A DNA stretch of 64,000 nt from Gracilinanus agilis (GCF_016433145.1 NC_058132.1:134852425-134916424); one strand, 5' to 3'. Numbered from the stretch's first letter, positions 50,371 to 63,135 are shown. The notes: a model not told the origin generated them from the sequence alone. Translations and numbers: made by a program.

Positions 50371-52060
50371 CATCAATACTTATGTGGGGGGAAATAGCTG
50401 CTGTTTATGATTTTTTTTTAGCACAGGTAACTTTTTGACTTACACTGCTTTATGCGTTATTTCTTTCAGTTTCCTGATACAATTTTTCCCTGAGTTTCAA
50501 TTATCCTTTAGAGGTTGGAAATTGTAAAAGTGCTCATTTGTTTCCTTTAAAGTTTCCTTAGATTTCAACACTGGTATTGTTAACTCATGGGAAGCTTCTG
50601 ACCCTTTTATCCTTTGTTCTTTAATATTTACTGTGTTTCCTTCAGGCTGTGTAGATTGTACAGTTTGGTCTCATCTGGGTTCCTCCCCCATTGCCCGCTG
50701 AATTCCTGCAGAAGCTGATGGAATTTCAGGGGGTTACGTCAGTGGAGAGATGAAAAGAAGAGAAATGATTTCTCATTCTTTCTACTTTCTTCATATATTA
50801 TATCTAAGTACCACAGCTCTCCATTCGTATATCAAAAGAAACACAAATACAAGTAATATATCAGGAAAAGGAAAGAAGTCTTAAGAAGGACAAGCCATGA
50901 AAGACATTCAAAGCACCCTGAAGTATTTAGGCCAAAGGCTGACAGGAAAGCGGAAGATTCACCCTGGCCACAAAATGTGGAATTTTTCGATTCACAAGTC
51001 AAAAAGGTCTGACTCCCAACAGTTTCTTTGCTTGTATTTCACAATCAGAGTGAATGCAACAAATCTGAAGGAGGAATTCAACTTCTCCAGAAATGCTAAA
51101 AGAAAATTTAATCTTGTATTTCTAATTTTTCTTATAGCTCTAGATTCCAAAGGACAAAAGACAGGCTTGTGAAATAACTATAAAGTTATTCTGAGATAAA
51201 ATGCAGTAGAGGCAAGCCATCAAGAGCAGCAAAAAAAAAAAGGGGGGTGGGTGGAAGCAGAAGGTAAGCTGATTCTTCCACCTGCCCATAACTTACCTAG
51301 ATTCTGTGGTTCTTCCACCTGTTTACTGTCTACCCCGGCATATCTGAGAGGTGTGTAGCATAAAGGATAGAAGATTAGACTTGGATTTCTAAGACCTGGA
51401 TTCAAATCCCAATTCTTACCCTTATCAGCTGTGTGACAAATATCTGTAGAACCTACCTCCCAGGTGGCTCAAAGGAAATAATGTCCATAAAGCACCTTGA
51501 AACTTTAAGGAGCTATATAAATGCAAATTATTGTTATGATCCCTGTCTCGCCCTATTGTTTTATTTAATCTATCACTTATACTGCTCCTCTGCCCATGAT
51601 AAAGTGCCCAAAGTATAAGTGAGAACTACCAGGGAAGGGAGTTGCTAGAACAAATCAGGAAGATTTAAGAAATCTTAACATACTTGAGAACTTGACCACT
51701 ATTAATTGTTGCTACTTTCTTTATATGAGTAAGGAAAAGAACAAATCACTAAATGAGTAATTTTGGATCATGTGAATTAAATAATAACTTTATATGAACA
51801 AAGGAATATGGTTCTATAATTAGTAAACAATTTCTACCAACAAATGATCCAGATTTTTACACCAGACTTCCAAAATGAAGAAGACCATGGCTAGTATTAA
51901 TGGATATATAGAGAGTATCTATGGTATCATTCTTGGGTCAGGATAGTATTGGCAGAGCCAAAAATATTTTTTAATAAAAAGAATGTATTTTTAGCATATT
52001 GAAAGAGGAATTTAAAGTAAAGTTGTAAAATATCTTAATTTTTAAGAAGGAAGAGAAAAG

Positions 52061-52240
52061 GGGGCAGCAAGGGAGCTCAGAGACAGGGGGTTCCAGATTC
52101 AAATCTGACTGCAGATACTTCCTAACTGTGTGACCCTGGGCAAGTCACTTAACACCCTTTGCCTACCCCTTACTACTCTTCTGCTTTTGAACCAATACAC
52201 AGTATTAATTCTAAGATAGAAAGTAAGGGTTTAAAAAAAA
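52061..52240 (+). mobile_element. Opossum SINE1-type element (older tail variant)
   Basis: Tail AACCAATACACAGTATTAATTCTAAGATAGAAAGTAAGGGTTT-polyA. Confidence 0.9.
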
Positions 52241-52285
52241 GGAGAATAAAAAATGAACAGATGATGCTCTTAAAAGAATTGCTGA

Positions 52286-52474
52286 GGGGCAGCTGGGTAG
52301 CTCAGTGGATTGAGAGCCAGGCCTAGAGACGGGACATCCTAGGTTCAAATCTGGCCTCAGACACTTCCCAGCTGTGTGACCCTGGGCAAGTCACTTGACC
52401 CCCATTGCCTACCCTTACCACTCTTCTAATTAAGAGACAATACACAGAAGTTAAGGGTATAAAATTAAAAAAAA
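52286..52474 (+). mobile_element. Young opossum SINE1-type element with 13-bp TSD
   Basis: TSD AAAAGAATTGCTG at 52272-52284 and 52475-52487; near-consensus head. Confidence 0.95.
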
Positions 52475-53161
52475 AAAAGAATTGCTGGACACAGAACTGT
52501 AGCATGGTAAAGAGGACCTGTTTTAGAATCCCAAGACCTGAGTTCAAGTCCAGATTTTGACATTTAAATGGATGTGTAACCCTAGATATGTTGCATTACC
52601 TCTCTGGTGAGATACCACCTGTCTGTTAGAAACCATAAATTTCCTTATCCAGACAAAGTGGGGTGGGGTAATAATAGTAACTATTACATCTGTGACTTTG
52701 AACAAATCTCTTAACATCTCTGGACCTCAATTTCCTCATGTATAAATGTGACTGAGTGAAATGACTTATAATCCAGCTCCAAGTCTATGATCCTCTGAGC
52801 TACCACACAAAGATATTGTAACAGAAGGCAGGAAATAAGCACCTATACAATGCCTATTATGTGCCAGACAGTGTGATAAGTGCTTTTTACAAATATCTCA
52901 TTTGAGATAATGTAATGAGAAAAATTATAATAAGGAAGGCACTTTGTAAAGTATAAATTATTATGTAAATGTGAATTTATTGCTACTTACATCCAATTAG
53001 TTTAACACTAGAGAGATTTTCCAGTGGATTTTCCCATATAACACATTTATTATCATCTTGAAATATTTTCAAATGGCATCCTGGTTTCCTTCACTCTCTT
53101 TTAAGGGAGATGGTTACCTGAGAGATTTCTCACTGAATCAATCAGATGTATTTCAACTAGG

Positions 53162-53862
53162 TGTGACAGTGTGTTATGATTGGTTATAGAAACTCAGTCT
53201 TGTCCTCTGGCACTTTTATAAGATAGAAAGCCAAACTTGGAGCCCACTATTCCAAGTATCTGGTAGCTTAGTGGGGAGAGTTGTTTAAGCCATGCTCCTG
53301 GGAGGGAGTAATTTAGGAATATTGGGAAAGGAATAGTGTCTCTGATTTTTCATTACCTCTTTCCCCCCACCCCAAACCTCTTTCGAGCATTGGAAATCAT
53401 TGTGAACTTCAGAGGGTCAGAAGATTTGGACTTCTCATCAGCAGCCAGCTAGGAAAAAGTCACTGGTGTCAGTGTCTTGCATTGGGATCTGGAGACAAAC
53501 TGGAAATACTGGGAAAAGGCAGAGTCAGGACTCTACAAGGAACCTTGTAAAAAGGATATTGTACCATCTTGAGAACTCCAGGAAAAGGATTTCCAAGAGT
53601 TCTGGTTTACATCCTTTGCCACATATACTTTAAGATTGGGGCCACTTTCTAATGGACTCTGTATTTATCTATATCCCCCCAAACTAGAGAGATGGATCTC
53701 TTGTAGGAAATTATCCCCTAGTTTGGGGGGATATTTTGTTCTATTTCTACTATATCCCTTAGGAAATATCCTTTGTAAAAAAGAATTCAATCTGGCCAAC
53801 TAATTGATATTAACTGATAATCATCACGAGAAGTAAACCAGTAGAGGGCCATACTTTCAACA
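53162..53862. mobile_element. Solo LTR (~700 bp)
   Basis: Begins TGTGAC and ends TTTCAACA; 5-bp flanks CTAGG / TTAGG (4/5). Confidence 0.55.
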
Positions 53863-54309
53863 TTAGGAAGGTTCCCTCCACACACACATACACACACCCT
53901 CAGGGTTATCTAGAACTCTAAAAGGAGAAATAGCATCCCCCTCTCTTGAGATCCACTTAGCTAGCTTGAGTCAGATATGGAAAATTAGCTACAGAGCCTG
54001 AGCCACATTTCTAAACTATATGACTTCATTTTGGGATCAAAAACTTCTCATAGAGTCAGTGAAAAATTACTACATTTTAATATTATCTACTAGATATTAA
54101 ACCTGTTTTCACAAAGGGTCAATACCAATGGCAGTGCAGGTCATGGACTGGTTTGTTCGGTCATGCAGCTCTGCCATATGATATTATCAGGGAAATTATC
54201 TTTCTTTCTTTTTTAACTCAGCATCTGATTTCAATGTTGTGGCAATATCTAGGTAAGGATATTCCATCTACCAAAGCAAATCTGAAGCTGTTGTTAAAAA
54301 TTCCTTTTA

Positions 54310-55110
54310 TTTATTTTGTTAAATATTTCCCAATATTATGGAAACTTTTTAACACTCATTTAAAAAATTTTTGAATTCCTAATTATCTCTCTCTTTCCCA
54401 CCTCCCCTTAGAGAAGGCAAGCAATTTGATATCAATTACACATGTGAAGTCATATATGTCCATATTAGCCACACCACATAAGAAAAAAACAAATCAATAA
54501 AAAGAAGAAAGTTTAAAAAAAATATGCTTCACTCTGCATTCAGAATTCTTCAGTTCTCTCTCTGGAGGTAGACAACATCTTTCATCATGGGTTCTTTAGA
54601 ATTTTCTAGGATAATTATCTTAATTAGGATAGCTCGATCTTTCACAATTAATCATATTTATAATATTGCTGTAATGGTATATAATTTACATTGGGAATGT
54701 TGGGGTTGGTTTATTATTAGGAAAACCATCAACATAATTGACCACATGAATAACAAAAATAGCAAAAGTCAAATGATTATATCAATAGATGGAAAAAAGT
54801 CTTTGATAAAATACAATATATATTTCTATTAAAACACTAGAAAGCATTGGAATCAATGGAGCCTTTCTTAAAATGATAAATAGTACCTGAGTCCTTCTGG
54901 TTCTGCTCATTTCACTTTGCATGAGTTCATAAAAGTCTTTTCAGGTTTTTCTGAAGGTATCCTCCTTGTCATTTCTTACAGCATAATAGTATTCCATTAT
55001 AATCATATATCACAACTTATTCAGCTATTTTCTAATTGATGGGCATCCCCTCAATTTCCAATTCTTGGCTACCACATAAAGAGATGCTATAAATATTTTT
55101 TTTACAATAG
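54310..55110 (-). mobile_element. L1 3' UTR remnant
   Basis: Marsupial L1 3' UTR antisense motifs on both sides of an inserted fragment. Confidence 0.85.
54693..54885 (+). mobile_element. Internal L1 ORF2 RT fragment in opposite orientation to its host L1
   Basis: GWFIIRKTINIIDHMNNKNSKSQMIISIDGKK matches L1 RT GWFNIRKSINVIHHIN..KNHMIISIDAEK; no polyA tail. Confidence 0.85.
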
Positions 55111-55149
55111 GTCCAATGTCAAAAGGTCAGTTAAATGATGAATTTAAAA

Positions 55150-55324
55150 AATTTTAATTACTCAAGTTTGTATTGGTTCTCAGGCAGAAGAGCAATAAGG
55201 AATAGGCAGTGGGGGTTGACTTGTTCAGGGTCACACAGCCAGGAAGTGTCTGAGGCTAGATTTGAAGCCAGGACCTACCATCTTCAAGTCTGGCTCTCTA
55301 TCCACTGTGCCACCTAACTGCCCT
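55150..55324 (-). mobile_element. Opossum SINE1-type element
   Basis: GCAGAAGAGCAATAAGGAATAGGCAGTGGGGG...CCACCTAACTGCCC. Confidence 0.9.
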
Positions 55325-55840
55325 GGTTCCCATCTAGTGTTAATAGATTTTCAGCAAGTTAGAATGGCTGCCTGTGGAGGAAGCACAATCCTTTCCTATA
55401 TAAAGTTTATGAAATTTTGCATTATAGAACACAATGGGAAAATAATTCCCATTAGTAAAGGGCTTTTATCACAAAAGATTTCACTTCTACATGCATGATT
55501 GCACATTTTTCTACAGTGTTTAAAATTTGAATCACTGTAAAATTCTATTTGCTTGCATCTTTTCAGGTCTACATTCATTTCACAAAGCAAAGTACACTAA
55601 CATTAACTGATAGAGAAAATTTAAGCACCAAGTTACTCAATTAAAGGCATAACTGAAACCAAGATTTCCCAAGGCTTGCAAGGCATATTTTCAAAAAGGG
55701 ATCTGATGTTTCTGAGTTGTACCTCATTCCTTCCCCATCTAACTTTTAAGTGTTACAAGCCACAGCATGGAAAAGGAAAAAGATGTGGAGAACAGAATGA
55801 GAATGGGGCTGCTGGTGTTTATTAATTAAGCTCTTCTTAC

Positions 55841-55896
55841 TCAATGTGCTCCTCTCTTTCGCTCAACCCCTCTTATCCTGGTTACTGGCTTGCCTC
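55841..55896 (-). ncRNA. Candidate 56-nt non-coding (5' UTR or lncRNA) exon
   Basis: gaatttcacttttag|GAGGCAAG...CATTGA|gtaaga; purine-rich; stop codons in all three frames. Confidence 0.3.
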
Positions 55897-56974
55897 CTAA
55901 AAGTGAAATTCAAGGAGTTGGCAGCCCTTCTAAATAGCTTTTGGGTAAAAGTTCACTCAGGGTTAGGAAGAACAATGGTATTCAGGGTGGTGGAAGAGTA
56001 GTTCAAAGACGAACACTGGGAGCAGGATATGGGCTCTGTACCAGGGTGGGCTGAGCTTTGACTCTGCCTATGAATTCCCTCTTCTGGGGGCTGTGCCTTT
56101 AAGACAGGTGTTGCTGGGCCATTTGAAGCCCTCTTTCCACAAACACACCGCTTTGGGATCTGTACCTATATGTGAATAAACACTAGGGTTATTTATTTAG
56201 CATGTGTCAACACAATTTAACCTCTATCCCACATAAAGGGAAAGAACTGTGATCTTATTCTGGAGTCCTGGCAATTCTAGTTGGCCATCTGCCCCACAAT
56301 AAACATTTCCCAAGAAAGGAGTCTTCCTCAATTTCTGTTTTAGGGTCTTCTCAAGAAGCAGATTTTCAGGCCACAGAATAAATTCTTAAAAGTCTGACAC
56401 CATTGAAAAGGGGAGTTGCAGTTAGTCCATCAATAGCCATTCCCCCAGGAAAGAGAGATTCCTGTTTCCAAGCTTCTCCTAAACTGTGACCTATTTAAAA
56501 GCATAGTCATTGGTCTCCTTTGACTTCTGACACTTGGACTGAGTGGCAACCCCAAAGCCCATTCCAACTGGCTTGTAGGAATTCAGGAATCTAAGCCAAA
56601 GGCAGTACATGCCTTGGCTGGTTGAACAAGGTATCCATTTAAAAACAAATTTCCTTTAGAGTAATTTTGCAATCTCACAAGGCTGATTTCAGTGGGTCCA
56701 CCTATAAGACCCATGGTACAGGGCTTATGGAAAATGTGCTTGAGTTTTGTAATGAGGTAAACAAAAGGATAGATTTTTCTGGCAATCTCTAACCCCAAAG
56801 AAGGGAAATCAGATTATGTGGGCAGGAAAATAATAGTATTATGTAGTCTTCAAGAGAATAAAAAAGTGGGTTCTTTTCTTTACCTTTCTCTTCTCTCTAG
56901 CTCAAGTCCAAGAATCCATACAACTGAAGCTGAAATTATATGGAAAATAAGAGAGACCCTCTCTTCTGTATTAG

Positions 56975-57190
56975 TCAATTATGCTGTGCAATGGAGTAAT
57001 GAACCTGAAGTCAGGAAAACTGGAATTCAGATCCCATCTCAGACATCTACTAGCTATGCGTGCCTGAACAAGCCACTTAACTTTGCTTTGCCATAGCATC
57101 TACCTCTTAGGGTTGTTATGAGGATCAGATGACATAATACTTATAAAGCAATTTGTGAACCTTAAAGTACTATGTAAATGCTATTATTAG
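56975..57190 (+). mobile_element. MIR SINE
   Basis: GAAGTCAGGAAAACTGGAATTCAG...GGGTTGTTATGAGGATCAGATG. Confidence 0.8.
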
Positions 57191-58121
57191 TATTTGTAAC
57201 AAATATTATAACAAATTCATTACTATATGCCATTATTATAATAAGTATTATAACACTGCAGTGTGTGTCTGATCCCCATTCACATATTCAAACATTCAAT
57301 TTAATAAAGACTAAGTACTGAGGCTAAGTTTTAAAAGATGAAAGAGGGTACACAGCAGAAGCTTAAAAACCAAAGGAAGGCTGTAACATAAATGTACATA
57401 AGTATGAAATATAGTAGAATGTGATAGAGGCAAAGAGAGACAAAGACCAAGCACTTTGGGGAAATATCAGTTGGGATTGTTCACCTTCAGTTGGATGGGA
57501 GATGACAAAGGAAGGGAATCATTTCTTTGATAAATAGAGGCAGCACAAAAACTGAGTCTCAAAGAAATATTTTTACTGAGAGGGGTCAAGGAAAAAATTA
57601 ATTCAGACACAAGGTACAGAGATAGAAGAATAATAGACAAGTTTTCATGAAACTTGGTGAGAGCTGAAGATGATGACTATGAAATAAGGCTAGAATAATA
57701 ATAATAAGGCTAGACTTCGGAATAACGAAATGACTTCTGGGCATTCGGAAGAACATTTCTGCAGCTATGTGAAAGGTGGAAAGAATATTAAGGTAAGGGA
57801 TCAGGTAGGTTGAAACTCCAGGTAAAGAATACTGAAGACCTGAATGAGGGTGATAACTAGTGGATATGGAAAGAAGGGGATAGTGGTGAAAGGTAATGTG
57901 GAGGTAGAGTTAAGAAGGCTATGTGAAAAATCAGATTTGTAGAGTCAGGGAGAAGGGAAGATCAAAGATGACTTCAAAGTTGAGCTTGTATCCCTGGGAG
58001 GATGGTGGTGCCATCAATGAAATGTGGAAATTGACAGTAGAGATAGTTGCAGGGGGAAGGGAATGAATTAAGTTTTGCAGATGTTGAATTTGAGGTTGCT
58101 GGCAAGAAAATCCACTGGAGA

Positions 58122-58478
58122 GGGCAGCTGAGTGACTCACTGGATTGAGGGCCAGGCCTAGAGATGGGAGATCCTGGATTCCAATCTAACCTCAGATACT
58201 TCCTAGTTGTGTAAACAGGGGCAAGTCACTTAACCCCCATTGCCTAGCCCAGGGGTCGGCAACGTATGGCTCTCGAGCCATATCTGGCTCTTTTGAGGGC
58301 CAAATATGGCTCTTTCTACAGGAGCCATAAAGTCAATTTTTTTAGGTGCTGGCATTTATGGCTCTCACGGCCAAAAAGGTTGCAGACCCCTGGCCTAGCC
58401 CTTACCACTCTTCTGTCTTGGAACCAAATACACAGTATTGATTCTAAAAAGGAAGGTAAGGGTTTAAAGAAAAAAAAT
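58122..58478 (+). mobile_element. Opossum SINE1-type element split by a hAT MITE
   Basis: Halves rejoin at CCCCCATTGCCTAGCC|CTTACCACTC. Confidence 0.9.
58250..58392. mobile_element. Young hAT MITE (143 bp), internally deleted relative of 28104-28312
   Basis: TIRs CAGGGGTCGGCAAC / GTTGCAGACCCCTG; perfect 8-bp TSD GCCTAGCC (58242-58249, 58393-58400). Confidence 0.95.
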
Positions 58479-59689
58479 ACCAGTGGACATGTATGGGAGG
58501 TTGGAGTTGGGAGAAAAAAGGAGAAGGGAAAGAGATTAAAGACAAAAGAAATTGAATGATCCATAAAGCAAATTCTTGGTGGATGTGGGAGGATATAGGA
58601 TCAATGTTGTATAGGTAGTTAAAATATTATCTTTGGCAAGGAGGAGAGCCATTATGTCCCCTTACAGAGGAGGCTAGGAATTGAGAATATAGAAGGAAAG
58701 AGAAATTTTCAGTTATGACAGACTAGAAATGAGGGAACTCAAAACAAATGGTCTCAGTCTTCTCCATAAAGTAGGGGACAAGGTTACCCAATGAGGTTGG
58801 TAGAAGTTTGGAATAGTCACTGTGGAACTGATAATAAGGAGTTAAGCAGAGTTGAAGAGAAAGGTTATTTGACAGTAATAAGGACTCCTGCTGAGGAAAG
58901 ATTGTATAATTTTTGTAGTATAAGCAGTTATATTGTGGTTTTGTGATTCCTTCTCCCAGTTGTTGGTAGCCTAGGACTAGCAGAGAAGTTGTAATATGAG
59001 GATGACCTAGAATTGACAACTAAAACAAACAAAAAAAGATAGGGTAAGGACCAGGAAAATGGTGGTGGTGGTGGTGGTGGTTAGAGATTTGGATGAAAAC
59101 TTTGAAGGAAGAAAGTAAAGCCATCGCAGTGGTGGAGCATGAAGAAAAAAGAAAAACACTGGATGAAGGAGGTGGAGAACCAAAAAGGCAGAGAGGTAGA
59201 AAACAGTTCAGTGAGCTCACTTCCATAAATCATTCTAAAGCAGATCTAGAAAAATGCACCAGTCTGAATGTTAATGGGAAAATTCATAAGGAGACAGACC
59301 TAGACATTGAGAAAAGATAGAATCACTCCAGCATCCAAGGAGAGGATGTACCCTTGGGAAAGAGGAGTTTCTAGACATAATGAAGCAGCTCCAGACCTAT
59401 ACTGGGTCTCTGTGAGGTGGACATATGATAATTGTCAGTTCTGTTGCCTACTGCCCAGTTCCAGGTCACAAGATCCAAGGTAGCCCGAGAAAGGGAGCTG
59501 GCAGGAGAGTGGTGTTCCCCAACAAGGAGGACCTGGGCAGTGTGCCAAGAAAGGAAGAACTTTAGAAGCAAGCAGTAATAGTGTAACTCAGATCCCAATA
59601 GCAGAATAGGATCTCACTTCTAGCGTCTAGCTTAGCCTACAGAAAATTAACTAAGGTGTGATTCAGACATAAACGGTGATACCATAAGT

Positions 59690-60930
59690 AAATTAGGGAA
59701 ATATAGAATAGTTTACCTAACAGAGCCATGGAGAAGGGAAGAATTTATGACCAATGAAGAGATAGAGAACATTACAAGATGTAAAATGGATAATTTTGAC
59801 CATATTAAAATAAAACATTTATGTACAAAGAAAACGAATGTAACCAAAATTGGAAGGGAAATAATAAACTGTGGAAATTATTTTATAACAAATTTCTCTA
59901 ATAAAGGTCTCATTTCTTACATATAGAGAGAAATAGGTCAAATTTATAAAATACAAGTTATCCCCAATTGACAAATGATTAAAGGATATGAACAAGAAGT
60001 TTTCAGATAAAGGAATCAAAGCTATCAATAATCATGTGAAAAAAAGTCTTACATCACTCTTGATTAGAGAAATGCCCATTAAAACAACTCTGAGGTATCA
60101 CCTCAGACCTCAGATTGGCCAATATGACAAAAATGTGATAAATGTTGAAGGGGATGTGGCAAAATTGGAACAATGATGAATTGTTGGTGAAGTTGTGAAT
60201 TGATCCTACCATTCTGGAAGGTAGTTTGGAACCAAGCAATTGTGCATACCCTTGGATCCAGTAATTCCACTAGTAGGCATCCAACAGAGATCATGAAAAA
60301 AGGGAAAGGACCTTCTTGTACAAAAATACTTATAGCAGCTCCTTTTGTGGTGACAAAGAATTAGAAATTGAGGAGATGTCCATTATTTGGGGATTGGCAG
60401 AACAAACTGTGGTAGGCATTGGTGTTTTAACACTACTGTTATAAGAAATGATAAGCAGGATGATTTCAGAAAAAGCTATAAAGATATGTGTGAACTGATG
60501 CTGAGTGAAATAAACAGAAAGATAAAGTTGTACACAGTAACAGCAATATTGTATGATGATCAGTTGTGAAAGACTTAGCAATGCAATGACCCAGGACACT
60601 TCTCAAGTACAAAGAATGCTATCCACCTCCAAACAAAGAACTGTTGGAATCAGATGCAGATCAAAGTACACTGTCTTTCACATTAGTTTACTTCTGGTTT
60701 TATTTTGGGGGGTTGTTTTGTACAAATATTTTCTTATAATAATGACCAACATGGAAATATGTTTGCATGATAATATATGTATAATCCAGATCAAATTGCT
60801 TACTATCTCTAAGAGGGGACAGGGAATAAAGGAAGGGAGACAATTTAGAATTTATAATTTCAAAAAGTGCATGTTGAAAATTGTTATTATGTGCAATTGG
60901 GAAAATAAAATATCTTTGAATTAAAAAAAG
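59690..60930 (+). mobile_element. Old L1 ORF2 3' part and 3' UTR
   Basis: Degraded KSLTSLLIREMPIKTTLRYHL and ELMLSEINR motifs; marsupial 3' UTR. Confidence 0.85.
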
Positions 60931-60939
60931 ATACAAGAA

Positions 60940-61112
60940 TGGCTTGCCATTTTCAGCACATTTTACAGATGAGGAAACTGAGACAAACAGGGTTAAATAA
61001 TTTGCCAAGGGTCACACAACTAGTAAGTGTCTAAGGCAAGAGTTGAACTTAAGAGGATAAGTCTTTTTGACTCCAAGCCTAGCACTCTATCCACTGTGCC
61101 ACCTAGATGCCC
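60940..61112 (-). mobile_element. MAR1/MIR-type SINE (partial)
   Basis: TTTTACAGATGAGGAAACTGAGACAAACAGGG...CCACTGTGCCACCTAGATGCCCC. Confidence 0.85.
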
Positions 61113-62894
61113 CGTAATAACAAAAACAGATCAAATGCATCTCTTAATGTTCCCAGGCAATGAATGCTTTAAGACTATAAGTCATAAAGTAGGTGCCTAT
61201 CTGCAACTAAAGAAGTAATTCTCACCAGGAGCTACTATCACTGATGAAATCACAGACCTTGTTTAAAAGATAAAAAAGTATGTGCACCTAAATATATAAA
61301 ATGTATGTGAATATTATATTTAATATATTCAAATCTATAATATATAAAAATACATAATATTTTAAACTCTTGCACTTACTATGATTGGTGTTGCAGAAAA
61401 TACAATGAGGAACAAAGAACGGTTCCAAATTCTGGTTGGTTAGGATGGTAAGGGCAAGCTTTCTGGAGAACCGGGGCTGTGCCTCACAGGATGGATAAGG
61501 ATTAAATAGGCAGAGAGGCAGAAAAGGGCATTTCAGGCAGAAGGATGTGAGTAAAAATGGAAAGTCAAGAAAGTGCAAAAGAAGCAAATAATTTAGGTAA
61601 ACAGATTTCTTTCTGCCTCTGATCCATTAAGTACCTACCCTAGTGATGAAACTGAAGTAGAGAACATTCCAAAAGGATATCTTTATTTAGCAAAACATTT
61701 GATCTGTCTTTAGCATTACCGGATGTACTGGAAAGAACCCATCATATCAGAACTTAATAAAATGCCCAGAAAAGTAAGAAGCACAAACCAAAAACAAAAA
61801 CAGTCATTGCTACTAAAAGTCATCTTTAATTATAATCACTTTCTGCTTAGTCTAAGAAACTTGGAGCATTTGTAACAAGCATGCCAATCCGGGATTTTAG
61901 GATGAGTTGGCAACTCCTTGCCATGGAACTATTTTCAAGTTTAACCACCTATGTAAAAAGGTCAAAACTCCAGTTCTTATGTATATAAAAGGAAACTATA
62001 AAGGGCTGTCAATTTTTTACCCCAGATGAATGCACTCTCAAGACTGAGAACTAAGGTGTGAATTTAAGTTAAGGATCTTACCCTATACTTTTTTTTAACT
62101 CTCCATATAAATCAACATGAGAATCAATTTCCCCATGGAGATGTGACACGACCTTTCTTATGGGGGAAAAATCCAATATAGGATTAATTATTTGCAAACT
62201 TTGTATTATAGACATGAGACAATTGACTAAACTTGTGACTTTTTTCCTATGAGGTGGCTATAGAGTAGGAAAGAACCATGGTAGACATTTTCTCCAAATA
62301 CTAAATTCCTTCCATGAAATTAACATTTTGACTTTTAATATGTTAATTACCCTCCTACCCTCCCAGTTGGGTAACTTAGAGTTTCTCTGAAAATATTTTA
62401 GGAGAATGGCTAGTAAAATTTGACACGAACATAGATAATTCTTTTCAGTCATCTTTTAATGTCTATTTTAAGCTTCAAAAAGACAAAAGGACCTAAAACT
62501 ACTTTTTATTTCTTCCGTTATTGATAGTAAAAGTGGATTTCTCAAATATTTTATGCTGTGGAACTTATATTAGATTTCTTTGACCCAAAAAGCAGTAAAG
62601 GGAGACAGCTACAAAATGAGAAAATTTTCACAAGGCAGACACTGAACTGAAATGCCTTGGCCTGATTTGGATGATTAAGCTGACACATAAATCTAGTCCT
62701 TGATCCCTCCTAGTCCATTAATTTATAAAGAGAACTGAACATCCCAAATCATATATGGATGGCAGATCCACACAATGTTCACCATGAAGGGCAATGAATC
62801 AAGCAGTGAATTTAAATGATATTAATGTTAAAGAGAAAAAAGAATATATGTATATATATACATATATATGAAATCTTATCAAGATCACAAAATA

Positions 62895-63135
62895 ATAAAA
62901 TTACGATAGCATTTACATGGCACTTTAAGGTTTGTAAGCACTTTACAAATATTATCTCATTTGATCCTAATGACAACCCTGGGAGGAAGGTACTATTAAT
63001 TAATCCCATTTTACCAGTGAAGAAACTGAGTCAGGTAGTTGTCAAGTGACTTGTGGAGTTAGTAAGTATCTGAGATTGGATTTGAACTCAAGTCTTCTTA
63101 ATTTTGGATCCAGCATTCAATTTTCACCATTCCAC
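62895..63135 (-). mobile_element. MIR SINE
   Basis: GCACTTTAAGGTTTGTAAGCACTTTACAAATATTATCTCATTTGATCC. Confidence 0.85.

Larger units (their letters stand above)
57285..59230 (-). mobile_element. Long degraded L2, interrupted by SINE1 and a MITE
   Basis: Purine-rich L2 antisense body on both sides of 58122-58478. Confidence 0.7.

Noticed and set aside
50897-51172. 91-aa ORF with a good Kozak context (GCCATGA)
   Set aside because: No recognisable domain, promoter or splice support; size is within chance expectation.
52286-52474. tRNA-like A/B boxes in SINE heads as tRNA genes
   Set aside because: They are SINE internal promoters; no cloverleaf and they are followed by SINE core and tail.
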